Assembly (NCBI GenBank): GCA_964416095.1
Contig: CAYQCY010000006.1
Coordinates: forward strand, 1 to 58,158
Length of the DNA: 58,158 nucleotides
From: an uncultured Gemmatimonadaceae bacterium
GTDB taxonomy: Bacteria; Gemmatimonadota; Gemmatimonadetes; Longimicrobiales; RSA9
Reading direction: 5' to 3'
The first letter of the stretch is position 1. The number at the start of each line of letters is the position of its first letter. The notes below the pieces were generated by a model, which saw only the letters and a list, made by a program, of their open reading frames with translations, had not been told where the DNA came from and did not search any database. The position numbers were made by a program, and so were the translations under genes. Shown here piece after piece: positions 47,925 to 57,899 of this stretch.

Positions 47925-48668
47925 ATGAGGCAGGAACCCGATACGGCGTACGGGGAGGCCCGGGTCGTCCCGAGACGGCCGGGCTGGCTCTGGCCGGTCA
48001 CGGTCCTGGGAGTGGTGGCGCTGGTGGCGACCCAGGCCCACGGCTTCACGACGTCGCCGGACCGGGACATGGGGCACCTGGTCAAGATCCTGTTCGTGCA
48101 CGTGCCCACGGCCATCATGGCCTTCATGGCGGTGCTGATCATGTTCGTGGCCAGCATCCTGTACCTGTGGAAGCGGCGGGAGGTCCATGATCTGGTCGGT
48201 GCGGCGGCCGCGGAGGTGGGTGCGATCCTGACGGCGCTGACGCTGGTGCAGGGCTCGATCTGGGGTCGGCCGACCTGGGGCATCTGGTGGACGTGGGACG
48301 CACGGCTGACGTCCACGGCGGTGCTGCTGGTGATCCTGGTGGGCTACCTGGCGCTGCGCTCGTTCACGGACGAGCCGGGACGGCGGGCCCGGTGGAGCGC
48401 CGCGGTGGCGATTCTGGGCGCCATCAACACGGTCATCGTGTACTGGTCCGTGGAGTGGTGGCGGACGCTGCACCAGCCGCATTCGAGCCCCATGACCGTG
48501 GACCCGGAATACTCGCTGGGGCTCAGGCTGAACATGCTGTCGTTCCTGGTCGTGCTCGTGGCGGCGGTGGCGTGGCGCTACCGGGCGAGCCGTCTCGAGC
48601 TGGCGGTGGACGAGCTCCGTGAGGAATCGGCTCTGAGTGAAGGAGAGGGCTATGGCCCAGGTGTCTGA
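47925..48668 (+). CDS. ccmC: Cytochrome c biogenesis protein CcmC
   Basis: HVP; WWD motif GSIWGRPTWGIWWTWDARLTS; WWRTLHQ. Confidence 0.95.
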   Translation: MRQEPDTAYGEARVVPRRPGWLWPVTVLGVVALVATQAHGFTTSPDRDMGHLVKILFVHVPTAIMAFMAVLIMFVASILYLWKRREVHDLVGAAAAEVGAILTALTLVQGSIWGRPTWGIWWTWDARLTSTAVLLVILVGYLALRSFTDEPGRRARWSAAVAILGAINTVIVYWSVEWWRTLHQPHSSPMTVDPEYSLGLRLNMLSFLVVLVAAVAWRYRASRLELAVDELREESALSEGEGYGPGV

Positions 48669-48804
48669 ATGGGACTTCATCGTGGCCGCGTACGCAGTCA
48701 CGTGGGTGGTGGTGATCGGGTACGCGATCGTGCTGGCGGGGAAAGTCCGCCGGGCGAAGCGTGAGTTCGAGGACGAGCTGGGGGACCGGGAGGTGGAGTC
48801 GTGA
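48652..48804 (+). CDS. ccmD: CcmD small membrane protein (50 aa; not in ORF track)
   Basis: MAQVSEWDFIVAAYAVTWVVVIGYAIVLAGKVRRAKRE...; AAY motif, TM helix and basic tail; lies between ccmC and ccmE. Confidence 0.8.
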   Translation: MAQVSEWDFIVAAYAVTWVVVIGYAIVLAGKVRRAKREFEDELGDREVES

Positions 48805-49244
48805 AGCGACGCGGACTGTTGATCGCCGGCGTGGTGGTGATCCTCTCGGGGTTCGGCTACCTCATGTACGGCGGGATCGGCGAGAACCTGGTGTACTTCC
48901 TGACGCCCAGCGAGCTCCTGGCGAAGGGGACCGACGCCGTGGATGCTCCCGTACGCCTGGGCGGGATGGTGAAGCCGGGCTCGGTGGAGTGGAACGCGGA
49001 GGAGCTGGACCTGCGGTTCGTGCTGACGGACGGGGCCGAGCAGGTGCCGGTGCACGCCACGGGCGCGCCGCCCACCATGTTCCGTGACACCATCGGCGTC
49101 GTGGTGGAGGGCCGGCTGACGGGCAGCGGCGTCTTCGAGTCCACGAACCTGATGGTGAAGCACTCGAACGAGTACCGGGCGCCGGCGGAGGGCGAGAAGC
49201 CGGAGCAGATGTACCGGACCCTCATGGAGGGGGGTTCGGAGTGA
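48801..49244 (+). CDS. ccmE: Heme chaperone CcmE
   Basis: YFLTPSE; VRLGGMV; KHSNEY (HxxxY heme-binding motif). Confidence 0.93.
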   Translation: MKRRGLLIAGVVVILSGFGYLMYGGIGENLVYFLTPSELLAKGTDAVDAPVRLGGMVKPGSVEWNAEELDLRFVLTDGAEQVPVHATGAPPTMFRDTIGVVVEGRLTGSGVFESTNLMVKHSNEYRAPAEGEKPEQMYRTLMEGGSE

Positions 49245-51247
49245 CACGCGTTCTCGGTCTCGGCTCCATCGGTCTCGCACTGGCGCTGGCGGTCTACGGC
49301 ATCGTCGTGACGTACTGGGGTGCGCGCAGGACGCGCCGCGACCTGGTCCGGAGCGGCCAGGCGGCCGTGTACGCCATCTTCGGGCTACTGACGGTGGCGA
49401 ACCTGGCCATGATCTACGCCCTCCTGACCCACGACTTCAGCATCTCGTACGTGGCGCAGGTCGGCAGCCGGGCGACACCACCGTTCTACACCGTCATCTC
49501 CCTGTGGTCGTCGCTGGACGGCTCCATCCTGTTCTGGGGCTGGGTGCTGGCGGGGTACACGGCGGTCGTCGTCTGGCTGCACCGGAACGAGCGGGGAAAC
49601 CTGGTGCCGGCGGCTACGGGCACCATGCTGCTCGTGGGCATCTTCTTCTACATGCTCCTGCTGGGCCCGGCCAACCCGTTCGGCGCGGTCTGGCCGGTCC
49701 CGTCGGACGGCCCCGGTCCGAACCCGCTCCTGCAGAACCACTGGCTCATGGGGGTGCACCCGCCGCTGCTCTACCTGGGCTACGTGGGGATGACGGTGCC
49801 CTTCGGATTCGCCATCGGGGCCTTGCTCACCGGTACCTTCGACGCGCGCTGGCTCCAGATCACGCGCCGCTGGACGCTGGCGAGCTGGGGCTTCCTGTCC
49901 GTGGCCATCGTGGCCGGCATGTGGTGGTCCTACGAGGTCCTGGGCTGGGGCGGATACTGGGCATGGGACCCGGTGGAGAACGCGTCGTTCATGCCGTGGC
50001 TCACCGCCACGGCGTTCCTCCACTCGGCCATGGTGGAAGAGCGCCGCGGCATGCTCAAGACGTGGAACCTGAGCCTCATCATCTCGACCTTCCTGCTGAC
50101 GATCCTGGGCACGTTCCTGACCCGCAGCGGCGTCCTGAACTCGGTCCACGCCTTCACGGAAGGCACCATCGGCTTCTGGTTCCTGGGCTTCATCACCATC
50201 GCGCTCCTGGCGGCCCTGGCGCTCCTGACCGGGCGTGCCGGCGAGCTGAAGAGCGAAGGCCGGCTGCAGTCGCCGACCTCCCGGGAAACGGCGTTCCTGG
50301 TCAACAACCTTCTCTTCACGGCCTTCACCTTCACCGTGCTGCTGGGGACCCTGTTCCCGCTGGTCGCGGAGGCCGCGCGGGGCGTCAAGGTCAGCGTCGG
50401 CGAGCCCTTCTTCAATCGCATGACCGTCCCCATCATGGCGGCCCTCCTGTTCCTCATCGGCGTGGGACCGGTCCTGCCGTGGGGCAAGCCGGACCGTGAC
50501 CGGCTCGTGCGGCGACTCCTCCATCCGACCATCGGCCTGGTGGTCGCCGTCCTCTTGGGTCTGCTGGCGGGGACGCGGAACGTCTGGGCGATTCTGGCCT
50601 TCGGCTTCGCCGGCTTCTCCCTGGTGGCGAACCTGAGCGAGTATGCGGTGGGCGCCCGGGCCCGCATGAAGAAAGGCGAGAACCCCGTCCAGGCGCTGCT
50701 CCGCCTCGTGGACGCGAACCGGCGCCGCTACGGGGGCTACCTGGCCCACATCGGCGTCGTGGCCATGGCGGTGGGGATCGCCGCGTCCTCCACCTTCCGC
50801 TACGAGCACGAGGCCACGCTGGCGCCCGGCGAGTCCATGCGGGTGGAGGAGTACACGGTCCGCCTGGCCGAGATCTGGGGACGGCAGGAGCCGCAGCGCT
50901 TCGCCGTGGGCGCGACGCTGGAGGTCCTGAACGACGGCGCCATCATCGACCGCCTGGAGCCGCGCCTCAACTTCTATCCGACATCGGACCAGCCCATCAC
51001 GACGCCGGCCGTGCGCAGCAGCGCGGCGGAAGACCTGTACCTCACGCTCATGGCGTTCGAGCGGGACGGCTCTTCGGCGACGATCCGGGGTATCGTAGAG
51101 CCGCTGGTGGTCTGGATCTGGATCGGAGGCGCCATCATCGGATTGGGCGCGTTGCTCTCCCTCACCGGCCGCAAGCGGAAGCGCATCCCGAGCCCGCCGA
51201 GACGTCGGCCGGAGCGGGAGACCGCCGCGACCAGCGCAGGATCCTGA
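49241..51247 (+). CDS. ccmF: Cytochrome c heme lyase CcmF
   Basis: GPNPLLQ; HPPLLYLGY; LGWGGYWAWDPVEN; SVHAF. Confidence 0.96.
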   Translation: MTRVLGLGSIGLALALAVYGIVVTYWGARRTRRDLVRSGQAAVYAIFGLLTVANLAMIYALLTHDFSISYVAQVGSRATPPFYTVISLWSSLDGSILFWGWVLAGYTAVVVWLHRNERGNLVPAATGTMLLVGIFFYMLLLGPANPFGAVWPVPSDGPGPNPLLQNHWLMGVHPPLLYLGYVGMTVPFGFAIGALLTGTFDARWLQITRRWTLASWGFLSVAIVAGMWWSYEVLGWGGYWAWDPVENASFMPWLTATAFLHSAMVEERRGMLKTWNLSLIISTFLLTILGTFLTRSGVLNSVHAFTEGTIGFWFLGFITIALLAALALLTGRAGELKSEGRLQSPTSRETAFLVNNLLFTAFTFTVLLGTLFPLVAEAARGVKVSVGEPFFNRMTVPIMAALLFLIGVGPVLPWGKPDRDRLVRRLLHPTIGLVVAVLLGLLAGTRNVWAILAFGFAGFSLVANLSEYAVGARARMKKGENPVQALLRLVDANRRRYGGYLAHIGVVAMAVGIAASSTFRYEHEATLAPGESMRVEEYTVRLAEIWGRQEPQRFAVGATLEVLNDGAIIDRLEPRLNFYPTSDQPITTPAVRSSAAEDLYLTLMAFERDGSSATIRGIVEPLVVWIWIGGAIIGLGALLSLTGRKRKRIPSPPRRRPERETAATSAGS

Positions 51248-51260
51248 GGAGCGAGGACGT

Positions 51261-51857
51261 ATGAACTGGCGACGTTCGCTGATCGGTGTAGGCATCGGGC
51301 TGCCACTGGTAGCGCTGCTCGCCTACGGCATGACGGTGGACCCGAAGGACATTCCTTCGCCGCTTCCGGGCCGGCCGGCCCCGGATTTCGCGCTCCAGGT
51401 GCTGGACGGCGTGGGTGGCATCCCCCAGGGGACGGAGGACTCGGTGCGCCTGACGCAGCACAAGGGCGACGTCGTCGTGGTGAACTTCTGGGCCTCCTGG
51501 TGCCTGTCGTGCCGGTCCGAGCACGCCGTGCTGTCCATGGGCGCCAGGCAGTACGAGGACAGGGGCGTCCATTTCTACGGCATCCTCTACAACGACACCC
51601 CGGAGAACGGCCGTGAGTGGATCCGGCGCATGGGCGGACAGAGCTACCCGGCCCTCCTGGATCCGGGCGCGCGGACGGCCGTGGACTTCGGCCTGTACGG
51701 CGTGCCGGAGACCTTCTTCATCGGTCGGGACGGCAGGGTCGCCCACAAGCAGGTCGGGCCGGTGACGCCGGAGCTGCTGCGGGAGCAGCTCGCGACGCTG
51801 CTGGCCCAGGCGCCGCCGGCCGACGCCGACGTAGACGCCACGAGCGGGGGGGCATGA
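51261..51857 (+). CDS. ccmG: Thiol:disulfide interchange protein CcmG/DsbE (TlpA-like)
   Basis: N-terminal anchor; NFWASWCLSC; YGVPETF. Confidence 0.88.
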   Translation: MNWRRSLIGVGIGLPLVALLAYGMTVDPKDIPSPLPGRPAPDFALQVLDGVGGIPQGTEDSVRLTQHKGDVVVVNFWASWCLSCRSEHAVLSMGARQYEDRGVHFYGILYNDTPENGREWIRRMGGQSYPALLDPGARTAVDFGLYGVPETFFIGRDGRVAHKQVGPVTPELLREQLATLLAQAPPADADVDATSGGA

Positions 51858-52324
51858 TGTCGACTCGTACCCTCTGGGCAATCGTCATGACCCTCCTGCT
51901 GGCGGCATCCGCGTCGGGCCAGCAGGTGGAGGGCCTGTCCCCGGTGGAGGTCCAGACCCAGCAGATCGCATCGGAGCTCCGCTGCCCGGTGTGCCAGGGG
52001 ACCTCCATCAACGACTCGCCGTCCGAGCTCGCGCAGCAGATGAAGGACATCATCCGCGAGCGCCTTGAGGCGGGCCAGACGCCCGAGGAGGTGAAGGCCT
52101 ACTTCGTGGACAAGTACGGCGAATGGGTCCTGCTCCGGCCCGAGGCCCGGGGCTTCAACCTCGTCGTCTACGTCATGCCCGTCCTGGCGCTGCTGGGCGG
52201 CGCTCTCATCGTCTACTCGGTCGTCCGGAAGTGGACCGTGGCCGACGCTCTACCCATCGACGACGACGACGGCGAAGCGGGCGAGCGGGACGTCGTTCTG
52301 AACGCGGGGGCGGCATCGGACTAG
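51854..52324 (+). CDS. ccmH: Cytochrome c biogenesis protein CcmH
   Basis: LRCPVCQG; YFVDKYGEWVL; C-terminal TM helix. Confidence 0.93.
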   Translation: MMSTRTLWAIVMTLLLAASASGQQVEGLSPVEVQTQQIASELRCPVCQGTSINDSPSELAQQMKDIIRERLEAGQTPEEVKAYFVDKYGEWVLLRPEARGFNLVVYVMPVLALLGGALIVYSVVRKWTVADALPIDDDDGEAGERDVVLNAGAASD

Positions 52325-52391
52325 CGCCGGACCGGCTCCGGAACCGCGCCCGTGGCCCTGGAGACCGCTTCGCGAGCGACGAGAGGTAACG

Positions 52392-53225
52392 ATGTATCCC
52401 ACCCTGTTCCGCATCGGCGATTTCGAGGTCACGACCTTCGGCCTCATGATGTTCCTGGCCTTCATCATCGGGGCGTGGGTCCTCAGCAAACAGCTCGAGC
52501 GCCGGGACCTGGACCCGGACCTGGCCTGGGACGTCATCCTCTGGGCCGCCGTAGGCGGGATCCTGGGCGCAAAGCTGTACTACGTCGGCCTGCACTGGGA
52601 ACACCTGGTCGCCGACCCCCTGGGCACCCTCACCAGCAGGGCCGGCCTCGTCTGGTACGGTGGGTTCATCGGCGGCGTCATCGCGTACTTCATCTTCATC
52701 AAGCGCCGCGGTCTGCCCATGGCGAAGATGTTCGACGCCACCGCCCCGGCCCTCGCCATCGCGTACGCCACCGGCCGCGTTGGATGCTTCCTCGTCGGCG
52801 ACGACTACGGGCTCCCCACCGACGCCTGGTACGGCATCGCCTTCCCCGACGGCGCTCCGCCCAGCACCGCCGGCTATTTCCGGTCCCTCGGCGTGGAGAT
52901 CGCCGCCCACATCCCCGACAGCGCCGTCCTGGCCGTCCACCCGACCCAGCTCTACGAGATTTTCCTGGGCCTCGTCATGTTCGCCATCCTCTGGCAGCTC
53001 TCCAAGCGCGTCCTGGCGCCGGGACGCCTCTTCGCCGTCTTCATGGCGCTCTACGGTGTGGAACGCTTCTTCGTCGAGTTCGTCCGCGCCAAGGGCGACC
53101 GCTACGTCTTCGGCCTGTCTACCTCCCAGATCGCCAGCATCATCCTCCTGGGTCTCGCCGCTTTCATCTGGTACCGTACCCGGGACTGGATCGGTGAGGA
53201 CGGCGGGGAAACCGCAACCGCGTGA
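52392..53225 (+). CDS. lgt: Prolipoprotein diacylglyceryl transferase
   Basis: GLVWYGG; GRVGCF; HPTQLYE; RFFVEFVR. Confidence 0.92.
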   Translation: MYPTLFRIGDFEVTTFGLMMFLAFIIGAWVLSKQLERRDLDPDLAWDVILWAAVGGILGAKLYYVGLHWEHLVADPLGTLTSRAGLVWYGGFIGGVIAYFIFIKRRGLPMAKMFDATAPALAIAYATGRVGCFLVGDDYGLPTDAWYGIAFPDGAPPSTAGYFRSLGVEIAAHIPDSAVLAVHPTQLYEIFLGLVMFAILWQLSKRVLAPGRLFAVFMALYGVERFFVEFVRAKGDRYVFGLSTSQIASIILLGLAAFIWYRTRDWIGEDGGETATA

Positions 53226-54121
53226 CCCACAATAGCTTAGCCATCGCCACCCGAAGCGTTGCCGCGGGTGCGATCCTGCTGGCGGCCGGGGCGACGGGCC
53301 AGGTCCCCGAGCCGGAGACGGGACCGCCCCGGGACACGACGCCGGCCGCCATGGGGGAGCCGGCGGAACCGCTCGAGCTGGCGGGCCGGCTCGTGGCGGG
53401 CGGGGGTGCGGTATCGGCGGGATTCGGGACGTTGCAGGAGCAACGGGTGCAGGTTTCGCGGCTGGACGCCCAGGGGGAGGCGCGGGACAGCAGGGTGTTC
53501 CGCCGCGTGTTGACGGCTTCCGGTGGATACGGGGTTGCGGGGTCGGTGACCGCGTGGCTGTCGGAGCGGTGGGGGGTCCGTCTGGAAGGCGCTGTGGGCG
53601 CGGTGGAGGTTGAGGTGGGGTACCCCCTGGCGGGCTGGGACTACATGCAGGAAGCCGACACGGTGGAATCCCGGTCCGGCGGGACGTTCTCGTTCCGGAC
53701 GGGTACGGCGTCCCTCCTCTTCGGGCTACCCGTCTCGCACCCTTTCTACACCCCGTACGCTCTGCTGGGAGCCGGCGTGACGGATTACGGAACCGATGAA
53801 ACGCTGGCCCCGGGCCTCGCCACGCTGGAAGACGGATCCGGTCTTCTGCTCACGGCGTCGTACGGCCTCGGCGCGTACGTGCCGGTGACGAAGGACCTGC
53901 TCCTGCAACTCGAGGCGGTGCGGCGCACGTCACCGAGCCCGGTGGACGGGGTGGGAACGGGCACGGTCCTGGAGGGCGACAGCGTGCGGGTGGAGTTCGT
54001 GGAGCCGGCGAGCGACGAGAGTGACCCGACCCTGAACACGGTGGCCGGATGGCACGTGAGCGTGGGCCTCTCCTACCGGCTGCCGTTCCGGCGCGGTCAG
54101 CGGCGGGACGAGGAAGGGTAG
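53222..54121 (+). CDS. Hypothetical outer-membrane beta-barrel-like protein
   Basis: Signal-like N terminus; PYALLGAG and VSVGLSYR strand motifs typical of small barrels. Confidence 0.6.
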   Translation: MTHNSLAIATRSVAAGAILLAAGATGQVPEPETGPPRDTTPAAMGEPAEPLELAGRLVAGGGAVSAGFGTLQEQRVQVSRLDAQGEARDSRVFRRVLTASGGYGVAGSVTAWLSERWGVRLEGAVGAVEVEVGYPLAGWDYMQEADTVESRSGGTFSFRTGTASLLFGLPVSHPFYTPYALLGAGVTDYGTDETLAPGLATLEDGSGLLLTASYGLGAYVPVTKDLLLQLEAVRRTSPSPVDGVGTGTVLEGDSVRVEFVEPASDESDPTLNTVAGWHVSVGLSYRLPFRRGQRRDEEG

Positions 54122-55887
54122 GGCTGGACGCTCAGGAGCCGGGACGAGGTGCGTCGGGTCCCCAGGACCAGGTCCTGGACCGTCATCTCGAGGCGATAGA
54201 GGCCGGGCTCCACGTTTCCGACACCCAGGTCCAGCGCCAGGATAACGGGCTCGCCGGCCACCCCGTCGCCGGTCCAGGTGACGCGAGGTATCGTGGGGCG
54301 GCCGCCCAGGCCCAGGCGTCGCCCGATCCAGCGGGCAACGCGGGTGGCGAGCCCGGGCCGGTCTTCCCGGTGAAGCGCCACGTCGATGCTGTAGCGGGTG
54401 CGTCCGCCCTCCCCGGGCGCGAGCCAGTGGGCCTCGGCATAAAGTCCCACCGCCTCGCCCCGGTGCACCTCGGGGCTCGACAGCGGGCTCAGGCGAAGCT
54501 CCGACCGGTCGCGGGGCAGGGGACGGTCCCGGAACGACCGGGCCAGCACGATGTCGGACAGAGCCAGGACCCCGGGGGAGTAAGGCTCGGCGTCCACGGC
54601 GTACCGGGCCCGCGCCGCCATGCCGGAGACGGAATCCCGGACCTCCAGACTGTAAACGTAGCGCCCCGGAGCCACCGTCACCTCGTCGGTCAAGCGGAGG
54701 AGCCCCCCGTTGGTGCGGTGCACGGCACGGTCCTCATGGACCGTCGTGGCCGCCGTGTCCAGCAGGAACACGCCCGCCCGGGCCGTGCGAACGGACCCGC
54801 GCAGCGTGTCCAGCGCCATCTCCGCCTCCAGCCTCAGCACCACGCTGTCGCCGGCAGGGAACCGCGTCACCTGGTGCGGCAGCTCCAGCATGCGCAGCAC
54901 CGTCCCCGGGGCGTAGCTGGACCGGGCCCGCACCTCTTCCAGCGGCCTCCGGGCACCGGGCTCGGGCAGCTCCGGGAACCCTTCCACCGAGAGGTCCGCC
55001 CGGGCATACGCCAACGATTCCGGGTGGTACCGCTCCAGGATCCGCGTCTCGCCGAGGCCGAGTCCCGCGATGCGCTCCCGGGTCACAGGGACCCCGTAAC
55101 GGATCGTCAGCTCGTCCAGGTCGCTGCCCCAGGACACGGCGCCCACCACCCGCGGCGCCTTCGCCAGCAACCTGGCCCAGACGTGGCGCGCCACGTGGGC
55201 GTTCCACCGCTCGTTGCCCGGCGTCACGAAGAGGGGATCGGCCAGGCGCCAGAACCGCTCCCGGTACCGGGCCCGGGCCGCCGGCTCCATCTCGTCCACC
55301 CGGTCCCGCTCGGCCCCCGTCAGCAACGGCCCCAGCGACAGGATCCGGTCCCGCTCCTCTGCCGGCATCCGAGCCAGCGCATCGCCGAAGGACCGGGACG
55401 CCTCCGCATCCTCTCCGTCCGCATGGAGGGCGAACCCCACCAGCAGAGGGCCCCATACGCTGTCCGCCGAGGCCCACGCGAACGCCCGGGCCGCCGGCAC
55501 CGCCTCCCCGGACCGCCCGTCCTCCACCAGGTACCGCACCAGCGGACCCGCCGCCTCCACATCCCCCGGCACCAGCGCGAAGAGCCGTCGGAATACGTCG
55601 ATGGCCTCCTTTCGCGCCTCCACGATCCGGATGTGCTCCGCCGGCGGTCGCCACGGCGTCGGCTCCGGATCCTCCTCGCTGAACCGGAGACAGAACCGCC
55701 CCACGATCTCGTCGCAATCGCTCCCCCAGCCGCCGCTCAGGGTCCGGGGCGCCAGCGTGCGCAGCAGACGCTCGTACCGGTACTCCTTCTGACGGGCCAG
55801 ACGTCGCAGCGCGTCCAGCGAATCGGCCTGCGCGGGCACGGGGGCCACGACCTGGAGGCCCAGGGTCAGGAGCACGAGCAGATGCAT
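54097..55887 (-). CDS. GWxTD-domain-like secreted protein
   Basis: Signal peptide; RERFWRLADP...NE...H.AR and WGSD....IRYG.P (divergent GWxTD motif); Ig-like C-terminal folds (PGRYVYSLEVRD, PGLYRLEMTVQD). Confidence 0.7.
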   Translation of the reverse strand: MHLLVLLTLGLQVVAPVPAQADSLDALRRLARQKEYRYERLLRTLAPRTLSGGWGSDCDEIVGRFCLRFSEEDPEPTPWRPPAEHIRIVEARKEAIDVFRRLFALVPGDVEAAGPLVRYLVEDGRSGEAVPAARAFAWASADSVWGPLLVGFALHADGEDAEASRSFGDALARMPAEERDRILSLGPLLTGAERDRVDEMEPAARARYRERFWRLADPLFVTPGNERWNAHVARHVWARLLAKAPRVVGAVSWGSDLDELTIRYGVPVTRERIAGLGLGETRILERYHPESLAYARADLSVEGFPELPEPGARRPLEEVRARSSYAPGTVLRMLELPHQVTRFPAGDSVVLRLEAEMALDTLRGSVRTARAGVFLLDTAATTVHEDRAVHRTNGGLLRLTDEVTVAPGRYVYSLEVRDSVSGMAARARYAVDAEPYSPGVLALSDIVLARSFRDRPLPRDRSELRLSPLSSPEVHRGEAVGLYAEAHWLAPGEGGRTRYSIDVALHREDRPGLATRVARWIGRRLGLGGRPTIPRVTWTGDGVAGEPVILALDLGVGNVEPGLYRLEMTVQDLVLGTRRTSSRLLSVQPYPSSSRR

Positions 55888-56032
55888 CACACGTCAGGAA
55901 TCGAGCTTCGTCCCGAAGAGAAGGGAAGGCCATCGCACGGCCCGGATCGCCCTTTTGCCATCCTACTCATAACGCTTCGTCACGTTCCCGGTCCACACCC
56001 GGCCGCCGGCGCCCAGGAGGGCCGCCACGCTG

Positions 56033-56061
56033 TTGACGGCCTCTCGGACCGCCGCTAACTT
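56033..56061 (+). promoter_or_regulatory. sigma70-type promoter
   Basis: TTGACG-17 bp-TAACTT, the same hexamers as the larC promoter. Confidence 0.6.
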
Positions 56062-56155
56062 CCCGGCCGCATCCGAACCCCGACCCGAAACCGCCCGTGG
56101 GCACGCAGGTGCGCCGGCGGTCCGCGTTCGTTTTCCCCGACGTCGACACAGCGCC

Positions 56156-56860
56156 ATGGCCAAGGACAACCCGCAGAAGCCACGCGGGCGAAAGAAGGAA
56201 GAACCCGAGGACGCGTTTCTCGCAACCGTCCTCGGGATCGTCGAGTGGGGCAAACGCCATGCCCGCGCGCTCTCCATCGCCGGCGCCGCCCTCGTCATCG
56301 CGGTCGCGGCCGTCCTGTATTATGTAAATTACCAGCAAACCCTCGAGGCGCGGGCCGCCACACGGCTCACCGAGCTGCGTCAGGTGGGGCAGAGCGGGAA
56401 CCGGCCGCTGGCGATCCGGGACCTGGAGAGCTTCATCTCCCGGTTCTCCGGAACGGACGCCGTGGACGAGGCGCGGCTGATCCTGGCGTCGCTGCAACTC
56501 CAGGAGGGGCAGGCCGAGGCGGCGGCGAGCACGATCCGGAGCCTGGCGGAGCCTGGGAGGCCCATCGGTACGAACGCCGCGTTCCTGCTGGCCGCGGCCC
56601 GGGAGCAGCAAGGCCAGGGGGACCATGCCGTGAGCACGTACCTGGAGATCGCCGAAGACGCCCGCTTCGCCTTCGAGCGAAGGCGGGCGCTGGAGGCCGC
56701 GGCGCGGCTGCGGCTGCAGCAGGGAAGCCCGGAAGCGGCGGCGGACCTGCTCCAGCGCCTGGTGAACGACCTGCCGGACGACGACCCGGAACGGGGCTAC
56801 TACGAGATGCTCCTGGCCGAGGCCCGTGCCGCGACGGAGGCCTCGCCCCAGAGCGGCTGA
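56156..56860 (+). CDS. YfgM-like membrane-anchored TPR protein
   Basis: Charged N terminus, single TM helix, then helical TPR-like repeats. Confidence 0.75.
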   Translation: MAKDNPQKPRGRKKEEPEDAFLATVLGIVEWGKRHARALSIAGAALVIAVAAVLYYVNYQQTLEARAATRLTELRQVGQSGNRPLAIRDLESFISRFSGTDAVDEARLILASLQLQEGQAEAAASTIRSLAEPGRPIGTNAAFLLAAAREQQGQGDHAVSTYLEIAEDARFAFERRRALEAAARLRLQQGSPEAAADLLQRLVNDLPDDDPERGYYEMLLAEARAATEASPQSG

Positions 56861-56908
56861 CGACGAGCCGCCCCGCTCCTTGCCGGTCCGACCCGCGGGA
56901 GCGGAGTC

Positions 56909-57799
56909 TCAGGCGAGGCCCAACTCCTTCTTCATCTCATCGGTGAGGGACTGGCGCAGCGGGTCGCGGCCCGACCACGGGTCGGACCGGAGCGACCCCA
57001 GGCGCCTCAACGTGTTGGACACGTCGTAGCCAGCCGGGTCCAGCCCGGACGTTACCTCGTCCCAGCGCAGCGGCACGGCCACCGGCGCACCGTGACGGGC
57101 CCGGGTGGAGTAGGGCGCCACGGCCGTGGCGTTTACCGCGTTTCGCAGGTAGTCCACGTAGATGCGGCCTTCCCGCTCCTCCTTGCTGCTCTTCACGACG
57201 TACCGTTCCGGCTCCTCCTCGGCCATTACCTCGGCCACGGCACGGGCAAACGAACGCACCGCGTCCCAACCGTCCCGCCGTTGCAGGGGCACGTGGATGT
57301 GCAGCCCTTTTCCACCCGTCGTCTTCGCGAAGGACCGGAGACCCAGCGACTTCAGTCGCTCCCGGACGTGCCGTGCCGCCTCCGCCAGCGCGCCGGGCTC
57401 CACTCCGGGACCCGGGTCCAGGTCGAAAAGCATGCGGTCCGGCCTCTCCAGATCGTCCCTCCGGGCGTTCCAGACGTGAATCTCCAGCACGCCCATCTGG
57501 ACCAAAGAGATCAACCCCTCGACGTCATCCACCACCAGGTACTCCTCGTCCTCGCCCGCCACCGACACCCGACGCACCGCCTCCGGAAACCCTTCCATCG
57601 GGTGCTTCTGGTAGAAACACTCCGAGTCCTGACCCTCCGGGCACCGTACCAGCGTCAGCGGCCGACCCTCCAGGTGGGGAACGATCCACTCCGCCACGTC
57701 CCGGTAGTACGACGCCAGGTCGGTCTTCGTCAGTCCCTGGTCCCCGTACAGCACCCGGTCCGGGTGCGTCAACTCCACGCCCGCGATCCGCAAGGCCAT
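56909..57799 (-). CDS. Stand-alone LigD polymerase (primase-polymerase) domain protein of NHEJ
   Basis: LTHPDRVLY; RPLTLVRCPEG; FYQKH; FDLDP; KTTGGKGLH; YVDYLRN; APYSTRAR; VAVPLRWDE. Confidence 0.9.
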   Translation of the reverse strand: MALRIAGVELTHPDRVLYGDQGLTKTDLASYYRDVAEWIVPHLEGRPLTLVRCPEGQDSECFYQKHPMEGFPEAVRRVSVAGEDEEYLVVDDVEGLISLVQMGVLEIHVWNARRDDLERPDRMLFDLDPGPGVEPGALAEAARHVRERLKSLGLRSFAKTTGGKGLHIHVPLQRRDGWDAVRSFARAVAEVMAEEEPERYVVKSSKEEREGRIYVDYLRNAVNATAVAPYSTRARHGAPVAVPLRWDEVTSGLDPAGYDVSNTLRRLGSLRSDPWSGRDPLRQSLTDEMKKELGLA

Positions 57800-57899
57800 G
57801 ACCCTCCGTTCCTCTGGTCGCCCCTCCAGCCTCTCCACGCGCTTCTCCGAACGTTGCAAAGGCCGAGCCAGGGCCATGATGACCACCCCGGCCGCATCG

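Noticed and set aside
46510-52324. ccm cluster as a novel system
   Set aside because: It is canonical System I cytochrome c maturation with a standard HxxxY CcmE.
55888-56155. Possible riboswitch or ncRNA in the divergent intergenic region
   Set aside because: No recognisable aptamer consensus. The region is adequately explained by divergent promoters.
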